NCBI GenBank assembly: GCA_041694885.1 | Contig: JBGFRX010000028.1 | Coordinates: 3,001-67,000, forward strand | Reading direction: 5' to 3' | DNA from: Candidatus Micrarchaeota archaeon | GTDB lineage: Archaea; Micrarchaeota; Micrarchaeia; Anstonellales; Bilamarchaeaceae | Length of the DNA stretch: 64,000 bases | Shown here: positions 54,248 to 63,247 of the stretch, in pieces | Layout: every line of letters begins with the position of its first letter | Numbering within the stretch: the stretch's first letter is position 1 | Notes under the pieces: model-generated | What the model saw: only the letters and a program-made list of their open reading frames with translations | Databases searched by the model: none | Told to the model about the DNA's origin: nothing | Translations under genes and position numbers: made by a program

Positions 54248-55519
54248 ATGGCTGAATTTTCGGGCTTTTACAAATTACCAATAGAGGAGCGGCTGAAGCG
54301 CATACAGGAATACGTGCAGCTTAGCGAAGCAGAGGTTTCCATGCTGAAGAACAGCGGAGCGCTTGCTCTGGACATTGCGGAGCGGATGGCTGAAAACGTG
54401 GTTGGGGTTACTCATCTTCCTTTTGGCCTTGGGCTGAATTTCAGGATTAACGGAAAGGAATACGCGATACCTATGGCTGTGGAGGAGGCGAGTGTGATTG
54501 CAGCTGCGAGCAATGCGGCGAAGCTCTGTCTTCCGGAAGGATTTGCCGCAGAAGCGGACGAGCCGGTTATGATAGGACAAGTGCAGGCAGTTGGACTGAA
54601 AAATGCCGGAAAGGCAGCGGAAAAAATTGAAAATGCAAAAGTGGAGATTGGGAAACTCGCGCGCGAACTTACGAAAAGCATGGGGGAAAGAGGAGGGGGT
54701 TTCAGGAATTTCCATACTGAGGCACTCAAGACGGCGAGAGGCGAAATGCTCGTAATCTATTTCGAAGTTGACGTAAGGGATTCGATGGGCGCGAATACAA
54801 TAAACACGCTGCTGGAAGAAATCGCGCCTTCCATTGCAGGGATTTTAGGCGAGGGGACTGTGCGGCTAAGGGTGCTTTCGAACCTCGCGGACAGGCGAAA
54901 GGCGAAGGCAAAGGCGGTCTGGAAAAAGGACTCGGTAAAGGAAGATGTGATAGAAGGCATTTTAGACGCATACGAATTCGCGAAAGCGAATATTTACAGG
55001 GCAGCTACGCACAACAAGGGAATAATGAACGGGATTGATGCAGTTGCGCTCGCCACAGGGAACGACTGGCGCGCAGTGGAAGCTGGGGCGCATGCATATG
55101 CCGTAAGAAACGGAAAATACCTGCCACTTACTCATTACGAAAAAAACGGAAACGGTGATCTTGTTGGAACCATAGAGCTTCCAATGGCACTTGGAACAGT
55201 CGGCGGGAGCATAGCCACCAACCCAGTGGCGAAAATCGCGCTGAAAATATTGGGCGTAAAGAGTGCAAAGGAACTCTCGATGGTCGCTGCCTGCGTTGGG
55301 CTCGCGAACAATTTCGCAGCGCTGAGGGCTCTGAGCACGGAAGGGATACAGAAGGGGCACATGAAACTGCATGCGAGGAACCTCGCCATCATTGCAGGAG
55401 CTGAAACCGCGGATGAAATTGAAGAAGTTAGCGCTGCGCTGGAAAAGAAAGGGGCGTACAAAGTTGAGCAGGCAAAAGAAATATTGAAGAAGATGTGGGA
55501 AAACAAAGGGAAGAAGTGA
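54248..55519 (+). CDS. hmgA: hydroxymethylglutaryl-CoA reductase (class I, archaeal)
   Basis: ENVVGVTHLPFGLGLNFRINGKEYAIPMAVEEASVIAA, DSMGANTINT and the GTVGG region are present. Confidence 0.85.
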   Translation: MAEFSGFYKLPIEERLKRIQEYVQLSEAEVSMLKNSGALALDIAERMAENVVGVTHLPFGLGLNFRINGKEYAIPMAVEEASVIAAASNAAKLCLPEGFAAEADEPVMIGQVQAVGLKNAGKAAEKIENAKVEIGKLARELTKSMGERGGGFRNFHTEALKTARGEMLVIYFEVDVRDSMGANTINTLLEEIAPSIAGILGEGTVRLRVLSNLADRRKAKAKAVWKKDSVKEDVIEGILDAYEFAKANIYRAATHNKGIMNGIDAVALATGNDWRAVEAGAHAYAVRNGKYLPLTHYEKNGNGDLVGTIELPMALGTVGGSIATNPVAKIALKILGVKSAKELSMVAACVGLANNFAALRALSTEGIQKGHMKLHARNLAIIAGAETADEIEEVSAALEKKGAYKVEQAKEILKKMWENKGKK

Positions 55520-55531
55520 AGGGGTTTTCAA

Positions 55532-56866
55532 ATGACTGATGCAAAAGGCATTGCTGAAAAAACAGACCGACGAATGTTTTATGCGCTCATGGCTGCGCTT
55601 GTTCCGCTCTCCATGTTCCTCGCATTTGGCGCCGGGACAGTGGAAGATGAGGATTACGGGCTTCTGCTCAAAGGAGGCATGGTGCTGGAAAGTGCGAAGA
55701 GCGCGAATATTGCCTTGTTCGTGTTGCTCCCTCTTGCTGTTTACATTATTTGCGCCTATCTGCTCAAGGTGGATGCATTCTGTTCCTTTGCAGCTGCGCT
55801 CCTTTTCGGCCTTTCTGGCGCGAATGCTGAGGCGCTTTATTCATTTTCGCCTCTGCTTGGGACATTTCTTGGAAAGCAATATGAGATAGTGAATGCACTG
55901 AAAGGGATAGGAGCTGTTCTTCCGCTCGGAACAATCGCTCTCTTCGGATATAGGAAGGATATTGCAGGCGCGGCAATTGCAGCACTCGGGTTGATTGCCC
56001 TTCCCTTTGCTCCCGGAATTGGGGGAGTTTTGCTTGCGCTTGCTGCTGCGAAAGGAATTGGATTGATGGAAAGCGCCCCTTATGGGGACAAGGCGCTTGT
56101 GTTTGTCGTTTTCATTTCCGCGTTCCAGTGGGCTTACACGGGCGAGAGCAGCGCTGCGCTTGCTGCAGCTGTGCTGATGGCAATCATCGCATACGTGGTG
56201 GTTTCAGTGCATCGAATGAACCCAGGAGAGGCATATGCGTTCGTATTCCTTCTTGTTGCGTTCAGCGCGATTAATTCGCTTTACTCTGTGGAATACGCAA
56301 AGGCACTTGCTGTTTCTCCTTCGGAAATCGCTGCATTTTCCAGTGCAAAAACAATAGAAGGAAGTTTTGGGGTGCTCGGCAGCCGGAATGCGTTTGTATA
56401 TTATTCAGGGAAAAATGCGGAGCTGCTGAATGCGAGCGCACTGGTGAAAAAGAGCGCAGCGCCCCAGCTTCCCGAATACATGATTATTTCAACAAGGACG
56501 CTTGATGATGCATATTCAGGAAAGCCGGTATTTTTTTCTTATCGGGGAACTGCCAAAGGAAACAATCGCGAGTACGCGGTATTCGCGAACGAAAGATATT
56601 CGCTTTACCTGCAAATGAGCGGAAGAGAGCTCGCTGCAGAAGACGCGGAATTATTCGATTGGAGAACAGGAGAGTCGCTTCGCTTCCCGTTCACCAAAAT
56701 AAGGCCCCTTTTCTCCACTTCGTTCAACGACACCTACAGCAGGATGGTGAATGTGCAGGAAATAGAAGGGAGCGGGCTTTTCCAACTCCTCTTCAAATCA
56801 AGCGCAGTGTTTGGGCAGAACGGAACGATTATCGTAAAAACCGCATCGAACACAACGGTGAACTGA
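55532..56866 (+). CDS. hypothetical polytopic membrane protein with a C-terminal extracytoplasmic domain
   Basis: About 230 aa of TM helices followed by a 200-aa soluble domain. Its stop overlaps the start of the downstream GT4-family gene (TGATG). Confidence 0.5.
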   Translation: MTDAKGIAEKTDRRMFYALMAALVPLSMFLAFGAGTVEDEDYGLLLKGGMVLESAKSANIALFVLLPLAVYIICAYLLKVDAFCSFAAALLFGLSGANAEALYSFSPLLGTFLGKQYEIVNALKGIGAVLPLGTIALFGYRKDIAGAAIAALGLIALPFAPGIGGVLLALAAAKGIGLMESAPYGDKALVFVVFISAFQWAYTGESSAALAAAVLMAIIAYVVVSVHRMNPGEAYAFVFLLVAFSAINSLYSVEYAKALAVSPSEIAAFSSAKTIEGSFGVLGSRNAFVYYSGKNAELLNASALVKKSAAPQLPEYMIISTRTLDDAYSGKPVFFSYRGTAKGNNREYAVFANERYSLYLQMSGRELAAEDAELFDWRTGESLRFPFTKIRPLFSTSFNDTYSRMVNVQEIEGSGLFQLLFKSSAVFGQNGTIIVKTASNTTVN

Positions 56867-57843
56867 TGTTTCTCTACCTTCTTGCCATTTTCCTTGCTTC
56901 CGCAACCTTTTCTTATGTGAGCGTGCGGCTGCTCATCCCCCGCCTCATAAGTGCAGGAATAGTCGGAAAGGATGTGAACAAGCCAGGAAAGCCGGAAGTT
57001 CCTGAGATGGGCGGAATAGGAATTGTTTCTGGTTTTGCGCTCGGAGTGCTGCTCGCTGTGTTCCTGAACACGTTCCTGAGTTTCGCCTTTAATGCGAGTT
57101 TCGTGCTTGCGGCGCTTATTGCCATCTTCATCCTCGCATTCATCGGATTCGTGGATGACCTACTGGATATTCCTCAGGTAGTGAAGGCGTTCCTTCCGCT
57201 TTTGGCCGGCATACCTCTAATTGCAGTAAGGGCTGCCGGAAGCACTGCAGTAAGCGTTCCTTTCATTGGCCTGGTGGACTTTGGGATCTTCTATCTGTTT
57301 ATCTTCATTCCTGTAGGGATCGCAGTGGCTTCGAACCTTACGAACATGCTTGCCGGCTTCAACGGAATGGAGGCGGGGATGGGAACAGTGATGCTGATTG
57401 CTGCAGCGCTGCTCGCGCTCAATTTCCACAGCACGGAGGCACTCGCGCTCTACGTGCCGCTCATAGGCGCGCTTGTCGGATTCCTGCTGCACAATTGGTA
57501 TCCTGCAAGAATGTTCCCAGGGGATGTGGGAACGCTCGTCATAGGCGCAACTCTTGCTGCCGGGGCGATAATAGGGAATTTCGAAAGCGTTGCCGCATTT
57601 CTCATGGCGCTCTACGTTGTGGATTTCTTCATAAAACTGAAGAATGGCTTTCCCCAGACTCCAGGCGAACTCAGGAACGGCAAGCTCCAACCACCGGAAG
57701 GTAAGATAAGGGGGCTCGTGCACGTTCCAATGAAAATTCCCGGTGGCATTGCGGAGCAGGAGCTCGTACTGGTATTCGTGATAGCACAGGAAATCGTCGC
57801 AATAATTGTTTTACTGTTCTTCCTTCAGGTCAAGGTTCTTTAG
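56866..57843 (+). CDS. glycosyltransferase family 4 (UDP-GlcNAc:dolichyl-phosphate GlcNAc-1-P transferase, AglH/MraY-like)
   Basis: Polytopic, with NMLAGFNGMEAGMG and VDDLLDIP motifs of the MraY/WecA/AglH family. Start at the ATG at 56866. Confidence 0.7.
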   Translation: MFLYLLAIFLASATFSYVSVRLLIPRLISAGIVGKDVNKPGKPEVPEMGGIGIVSGFALGVLLAVFLNTFLSFAFNASFVLAALIAIFILAFIGFVDDLLDIPQVVKAFLPLLAGIPLIAVRAAGSTAVSVPFIGLVDFGIFYLFIFIPVGIAVASNLTNMLAGFNGMEAGMGTVMLIAAALLALNFHSTEALALYVPLIGALVGFLLHNWYPARMFPGDVGTLVIGATLAAGAIIGNFESVAAFLMALYVVDFFIKLKNGFPQTPGELRNGKLQPPEGKIRGLVHVPMKIPGGIAEQELVLVFVIAQEIVAIIVLLFFLQVKVL

Positions 57844-58536
57844 CAGCGTTGTAACTTTTATGAATTCGTTCAGCCGCTCGTAATCGCTCACCCTGCCCAC
57901 GTCCACCCAGTACTCGTCGAACATGTAGGGGTTTATCTTCTTTTTCGCCGCGATGAGGCGCGGGAAAACGTGCTTCGCGAAGTCCTCCCTTTCCTTTATG
58001 AAATTGAAGATTTCCTGCCCGAATGCGTATATTGCGGTGTTTATGTAAAAATCATATCTCGGCTTTTCCGTGAACTCCGTTATTTCGCTCTTTTCGAGGC
58101 CCACTATCCCGTATTCGAGCTGCATCTCATGCTTCGTGAGTGCTATTGTCGCTATTGCTTTGGATTTTTTGTGCTCGTCCATCATCTTCCTGAGGTTTAT
58201 GTCCGTGATATGGTCGCCCATCACCACGAGAAAGTCATCCTTCATCTTTCCCTTGAAATCGACTATCGAGCCCGCGGTGTTCTTCGGCTCTTCTTCCACT
58301 GCGTACTTTATTTTCACCCCGAATTTATTCCCGTCGCCGAAATAGTCCATTATCTTCTCCTTTTTGTAGCCCACCGTGAAAACCAAATCAGTGAAGCCGT
58401 TAAGGCGGAGGTTTTCCACAACGTACTGAAGTATGGGCTTCCTTCCCAATTTAAGCATGGGTTTCGGGATGGAATATGTGTAGGGCCTGAGCCGGGTTCC
58501 CTGGCCTCCGCATAATACAAACGCCTTCATAGTCAT
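57811..58536 (-). CDS. sugar-phosphate nucleotidyltransferase
   Basis: KAFVLCGGQGTRLRPYTYSIPKPMLKLGRKPIL matches the G-x-G-T-R-L N-terminal signature. Confidence 0.75.
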   Translation of the reverse strand: MTMKAFVLCGGQGTRLRPYTYSIPKPMLKLGRKPILQYVVENLRLNGFTDLVFTVGYKKEKIMDYFGDGNKFGVKIKYAVEEEPKNTAGSIVDFKGKMKDDFLVVMGDHITDINLRKMMDEHKKSKAIATIALTKHEMQLEYGIVGLEKSEITEFTEKPRYDFYINTAIYAFGQEIFNFIKEREDFAKHVFPRLIAAKKKINPYMFDEYWVDVGRVSDYERLNEFIKVTTLLKNLDLKEEQ

Positions 58537-58675
58537 CACATCCCAATCGTTTCCGGTTTCCTGTTTCCGGTCTCGCGTTTCGTTTTTCATTTTTTGATAT
58601 ATACTGTGCGAATTGTTTATATATGTTCAGGGGCGAAGATAGGCATATAAATGAAAAAAGAGGAGAAAAAATACG

Positions 58676-59224
58676 ATGGACATGATGAAGAAGCGAAAAT
58701 TCTTTGAAGGCGATTTTTTTGGCTTTGACCGGGAGTTCGAACGCATGCGCGAGGAGATGGAGCGCCTGATGGAGGGTATGATGAACCGCATCCCGGAGCC
58801 GGACCTTGAGAAGCTGGCTAAAAAGGGGCAGGGCGGAGTGTACGGCATTTCGGTGAACATAGGCCTTGACGGAAAACCGGTGATAAGGGAGTTCGGGAAC
58901 ATGAAGCCCGAGGCAACGAAGGAGGCGAAAATGCCCATAAGCGAGGAAAGGGAACCGCTCGTGGACGTCATAGAAGGGAAAACGGATATCACGGTCATTG
59001 CGGAGCTTCCGGGCGTGGACAAAAAAGATATACATCTGAGCGGTGAAGGGAAGGGGCTCGTGATAGACGTAAAGACAGCTGAAAGGAAATATCATAAAGA
59101 GTTGGAGCTGCCTTCTGCTGCTGATTTCGAAAATGCGAATGCGAAATGCAACAATGGCGTTCTTGAGGTAATAATTCCAAAATCAGCGGAAGGAAGCGAG
59201 AATAAGAGGATAGAAATAAGCTAA
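58676..59224 (+). CDS. small heat-shock protein (Hsp20 / alpha-crystallin)
   Basis: Alpha-crystallin domain DVIEGKTDITVIAELPGVDKKDIHLSGEG...GVLEVIIPK. Confidence 0.8.
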   Translation: MDMMKKRKFFEGDFFGFDREFERMREEMERLMEGMMNRIPEPDLEKLAKKGQGGVYGISVNIGLDGKPVIREFGNMKPEATKEAKMPISEEREPLVDVIEGKTDITVIAELPGVDKKDIHLSGEGKGLVIDVKTAERKYHKELELPSAADFENANAKCNNGVLEVIIPKSAEGSENKRIEIS

Positions 59225-59526
59225 ATTATCCCCTCGCACCATTTCCCGTATTCCTTGTTTATTTTATCTATTTTTATCCGGGCTATTTCCGGAACCTCGT
59301 AGGGATGGATCTCCTTAAGCTTCTTCTCCACTGCATCCACCCTTTCGTCCATCGTCTTTGCTATCAATACAAATTCGCTCTCCTCGGTTATCTTCCCTTT
59401 CCATTTGTATATTGATGAATACGATTTGAGGATGTTCACGCAGCATCCCAGCCCATCGTCTATGAGCGTTTTGCCTGCTTTCTTCGCTTCGTTTATGTTC
59501 GGAAAAGGGCAATAGACCATGTACAT
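59221..59526 (-). CDS. cutA: CutA1 divalent-ion tolerance protein
   Basis: 101 aa: MYMVYCPFPNINEAKKAGKTLIDDGLGCCVNILKSYSSIYKWKGKI... Confidence 0.8.
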   Translation of the reverse strand: MYMVYCPFPNINEAKKAGKTLIDDGLGCCVNILKSYSSIYKWKGKITEESEFVLIAKTMDERVDAVEKKLKEIHPYEVPEIARIKIDKINKEYGKWCEGII

Positions 59527-59689
59527 TTTCCCACTCCATTTTTGTTGGACAAAAAGAAATTAAAACAGGAAATTTTTCGGGAGAGGAGCATTTGAACTTA
59601 AATTTACAAACTGCAACTATAAAATCATTTAAATTGTTCGCATCTGAATTGAGTACGAAACGCAGAACTCAGGACTGAAAAGTTTTTGC

Positions 59690-59804
59690 GGGCCCGTAGT
59701 CGAATGGTAAGACGTTACCCTGACACGGTAAAGATTCGCGGTCCGATATTTCCGGTTTCGGGACAGAAAACCCGAAACGGGAAACGGACTTCCGCGCGGG
59801 CCCA
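59690..59804 (+). tRNA. tRNA-Val(GAC) with a putative non-canonical intron of about 43 nt inside the T-loop
   Basis: Acceptor GGGCCCG/CGGGCCC is 7/7; discriminator A. D-arm GTCG-AATGGTA-AGAC. Anticodon stem TTACC/GGTAA with loop CTGACAC. T-stem CGCGG (59737-59741) and CCGCG (59792-59796) are separated by 50 nt instead of 7, giving a best mature loop of TCCGAT|T. The insert contains the hairpin GGTTTCGGG...CCCGAAACGG. Confidence 0.5.
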
Positions 59805-59823
59805 AATTTCGGGCAGCTGGTTT

Positions 59824-60315
59824 TTATTTTATCAGGGAAATTTTTTCCTCGAGCGCCCTCTTCTCCTTCTCCCCCACGAACCTGTTGTTCTTGAAAAACA
59901 CTTTGTAGAATTCCTGCACGAGCGCCTTTGTTTTTGCCTTATCGGAAATGTAGGCAAGCTGGAGGTAGTCCCTGCTCCGCTCGTCGTCAAGGAACATGAG
60001 GCATATCGCAGAGAGAAAATATGCTTCAGCATCCTTTTTCCGCGAAAGCGCTTCCTTGAGCACCCCGAAGGCATCTGCGAACTCGAGCGTTTCCATGAGA
60101 ATAAGGGCTTTCAGTTTCAGATATTCCGCGTCCTTTTTCATGAATAGCGCGTGCTCGAGCATCTCGTGTGCATATTCGTAATTTTTGAGCTTGTAGGAAA
60201 CTAATGCCCTTAGGTAGTAAAGCCGGTCGCTTTCCTTTCCCGCGAGTTCGCTGTCAAGGGCTTTCGCAGCGTCCGCGTATTTTCCCTTTGAAATGAGCGC
60301 TTCGTAATCAGTCAT
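59824..60315 (-). CDS. TPR-repeat protein
   Basis: 163 aa of 34-residue helical repeats: ...YYLRALVSYKLKNYEYAHEMLEHAL... Confidence 0.6.
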   Translation of the reverse strand: MTDYEALISKGKYADAAKALDSELAGKESDRLYYLRALVSYKLKNYEYAHEMLEHALFMKKDAEYLKLKALILMETLEFADAFGVLKEALSRKKDAEAYFLSAICLMFLDDERSRDYLQLAYISDKAKTKALVQEFYKVFFKNNRFVGEKEKRALEEKISLIK

Positions 60316-60776
60316 GGGTTTTTTTCGGGGCGCAGATTAAAACCCCTTTCCTTGTTTATTTTAATGGCTTAAGGTGGAAGATATATAAACTTATGCGAAT
60401 ATAAATATAGTTTGCATATATAGTGGTTTTTATGGCATATGGAAAAGAAAGGCATGGAATTCAGAAACCTAAGGGAATAACAGAAGAAACAAAAGAAATG
60501 GCGGCAATTCGGCCAGTAAAACTAACGTTTGAATTGCGGAAACCAACGCTATTCGGGTTTATCAACTTCTCGAATTTTATCTCTAATATCCGCGAAAACT
60601 ACTGTGGTGAGACGGAAGGCACGGAAAAAGGTGCGCATGCATCGTTAAGGGCATCGCATAACGCAAGATACCGTCTCGGAATCGAACCGCCAGAAATTTC
60701 TGTTTCTAAATTCGAAAGAAATTTTAGCGGCTCGTTGAATGGAATAATCCCAAAACAGAAAGAAGTACTTGTTTGA

Positions 60777-61730
60777 TCATTCCAATTCTATAGTTGCAGG
60801 TGGCTTGTTCGTGATGTCGTAAACAACCCGTCCCACCTCCCTTATTTCATTGGTCATGCGTGTGGAAATCATCTGCAATACATCTGCAGGGATGTGGGAA
60901 AAGTTCGCGGTCATTCCGTCCAAACTCTTCACTGCCCGGACTACAATAGTATACTTGTAAGAGCGTTCGTCCCCCTTTACCCCTACTGTCTTTGATGGAA
61001 GGAGCGCTGCGAAATACTGCCAGGGTTTTTCCATCTTCCCTTCTGCTGAAGCGTTGTCTATCTCTTCTTCTACTATGTTGCATGCTTCGCGCACTATCTG
61101 GAGCTTCTCTGCGTTTACTTCCCCAACTACGCGCACCGCGAGCCCAGGGCCAGGGAAGGGCTGCCTTTCGTAAACGTAGCGCGGAAGTCCCAGGGTCTTC
61201 CCGAGCATGCGCACTTCGTGCTTGTACAGTTCGCGCAGCGGCTCGTACAATTTGAGACCCATTTCCCTGGGAAGCCCTGCGACGTTGTGATGGCTTTTTA
61301 TAGTGTCGCGGCCATGGCCTCCGCTCTCTATCCAGTCAGGGGCAATAGTTCCCTGTACCAAAAAAGTCGCTCCGTTTTTCCCTGCCTCATACTCAAAAGC
61401 GCGCACGAACAGCTCTCCGATTATCTTCCTCTTCTTTTCCGGCTCGTCCGCGCCTTTCAGCGCTGAAAGGAATTTTTCAGCCGCGTCAACAATCTTCAGC
61501 TGCACACCGACCTCATGAGCGGCGGCATTGACCTTTTTTCCCTCATCCTTGCGCATGCATCCGGTATCCACAAAGATCGCCTGCAGATTTATGCCCGCCT
61601 TTGCGCACAGCGCAGCTGCAACAAAGCTGTCCACCCCTCCTGAAAGCGCGATTATCGCCTTTTCATTCCCGATCTGGGTTTTGATTTCTTTTTCTGCTGA
61701 AAGAATGAATTTTTCCGGATTAAATGGCAT
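60777..61730 (-). CDS. guaA: GMP synthase subunit B (PP-loop ATP pyrophosphatase domain)
   Basis: PP-loop ALSGGVDSFVAAAL, matching the conserved archaeal GuaA-B subunit; 317 aa. Confidence 0.85.
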   Translation of the reverse strand: MPFNPEKFILSAEKEIKTQIGNEKAIIALSGGVDSFVAAALCAKAGINLQAIFVDTGCMRKDEGKKVNAAAHEVGVQLKIVDAAEKFLSALKGADEPEKKRKIIGELFVRAFEYEAGKNGATFLVQGTIAPDWIESGGHGRDTIKSHHNVAGLPREMGLKLYEPLRELYKHEVRMLGKTLGLPRYVYERQPFPGPGLAVRVVGEVNAEKLQIVREACNIVEEEIDNASAEGKMEKPWQYFAALLPSKTVGVKGDERSYKYTIVVRAVKSLDGMTANFSHIPADVLQMISTRMTNEIREVGRVVYDITNKPPATIELE

Positions 61731-61739
61731 AGAACTACC

Positions 61740-63119
61740 TCAAACAATAAGCTGCGAAGCCGCGTACTGCTCGAGCGCGGCCCTGCATTTTTCTATTAGT
61801 TCCGCGCCTTTATATAATTTCGCGCTTTTTGCAGAGGAAAGATGGGAAGGAAGGGGAATGCGCCTTATTTTCGGAAGCATTTCCTCCATGGTGCGCACTT
61901 CCCGTTTCATTTTCGCCGCGAGTCGGCTTTCGCTTATGAAAAGCTGGGCTTTCGCATACTGCCTGGAGAATTTTCCGCAGTCCTTCCCGAATTCAAGTGG
62001 CGGGCCCAAAACGATTTTGCAGTCGGGAAGGGATTCGTTCAGCAGTTCGAAAAGAATGCAAATGTTGCCATTGCATCTCTCCATTTTGTGCCCAATTATC
62101 CCGAAGCCCTCCTTTTTCATGAGCGACTCGAACGAGGAATAGAATCGCCTCACCTGTCCCCAAAGTATATCATCGGCTATCGCAGGCGCGGCGAATTCCA
62201 GGCAGTAAACATTCGTTTCTCCTGCGAATTTTTCCAGTTGTGCATCGCTGAATTTTTTCCTTTCGAAAAACGAAATTTTGTTTTTCGACTTGAGGAAGGA
62301 GCGGGCAAGAGCTATCAATGCGGAATAATTTTCCACGCTCACCACTGCGGAAACGTTCCTCCTGATGTCCACGGGGTCTATCACGACCAGCGAGGTCTCG
62401 AATTTGTCCAGCACTGCATCCTGCTTCGTTTTTCCTTCGAGGTCTATGAAGGTGCGCGCTTTCCACTCTGAGATATTTTTCATCGCGTTCGCGAATGTTT
62501 TGTATTTGAGGATAAGTAATTCGCACAAATATCCGGAATAGCCCTGCACCTTTATTTCAGCTCCGTAAAGGCCGTTCGCCTTGAGGAATTTCTTCAGCAA
62601 GCGCACTTCATCCTTCTGCTTTTCATTCATTTTCGAAAGCACGTATTCCGTATGGAGCTTGGTCCTGTCAACTACGCACTTCAATTCGAAATGTCTTCCA
62701 TGGCTCACTTCATATGCAGGAACAACATCTATTTTCCTTCCCTCCATGAATACGCGCACGTAAGGATGCTGCGCATACGCTGCCTGGTAATAGGCACTTT
62801 TGGAAACAGGGGCAGCTTTCCTGTTTCGGGTTTCGCGTTTTGGCTGCAATTCCCTGGCACCGAATGCATTTTCCACTGCTGCGCGGACTATGCTCTCCAT
62901 CGCCTCCGTCTCAATGCCATGTCTAAAAAGCACGAATATGTCTATATCCCTGTCGCCTTCCAAGAAGGTGCCTTTCGCGAAAGAGCCCGCGAGCTCCACT
63001 TTCGCGCTTTTTATTTCCTTCCTGAGCTTCTCCATCACACCGGAAATGAATTTGCGCTCGCGCAGCTCCGCCTCCTTCTTCGGCCTTATCCTTTCAAGCA
63101 CCTTGCCCAGACTTCTCAT
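61740..63119 (-). CDS. cca: CCA-adding enzyme (archaeal class I tRNA nucleotidyltransferase)
   Basis: ELAGSFAKGTFLEGDRDIDIFVLF nucleotidyltransferase motif with the head/neck/body/tail organisation. Start taken at the MRSLGK Met. Confidence 0.8.
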   Translation of the reverse strand: MRSLGKVLERIRPKKEAELRERKFISGVMEKLRKEIKSAKVELAGSFAKGTFLEGDRDIDIFVLFRHGIETEAMESIVRAAVENAFGARELQPKRETRNRKAAPVSKSAYYQAAYAQHPYVRVFMEGRKIDVVPAYEVSHGRHFELKCVVDRTKLHTEYVLSKMNEKQKDEVRLLKKFLKANGLYGAEIKVQGYSGYLCELLILKYKTFANAMKNISEWKARTFIDLEGKTKQDAVLDKFETSLVVIDPVDIRRNVSAVVSVENYSALIALARSFLKSKNKISFFERKKFSDAQLEKFAGETNVYCLEFAAPAIADDILWGQVRRFYSSFESLMKKEGFGIIGHKMERCNGNICILFELLNESLPDCKIVLGPPLEFGKDCGKFSRQYAKAQLFISESRLAAKMKREVRTMEEMLPKIRRIPLPSHLSSAKSAKLYKGAELIEKCRAALEQYAASQLIV

Positions 63120-63247
63120 GGATAAAAATCCGAGTGAGAATTTATAATTCTCACGGGCTCGCACCAGCGTTGCGCCAGGCGCTGCCGCTGATTTCCGTAT
63201 CGCCGAAGAGAACACAGATTTTTAAACCGTATTTGGAATATTGACGC

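Noticed and set aside
60316-60776. 460-bp AT-rich gap with the 117-aa ORF 60423..60776 and a T-arm-like GGAATCGAACCGCC
   Set aside because: The ORF has no SD and an odd composition. The T-arm-like motif has only a 3-bp stem and no matching acceptor stem. I found no supportable feature by eye; it may still hold a promoter or sRNA.
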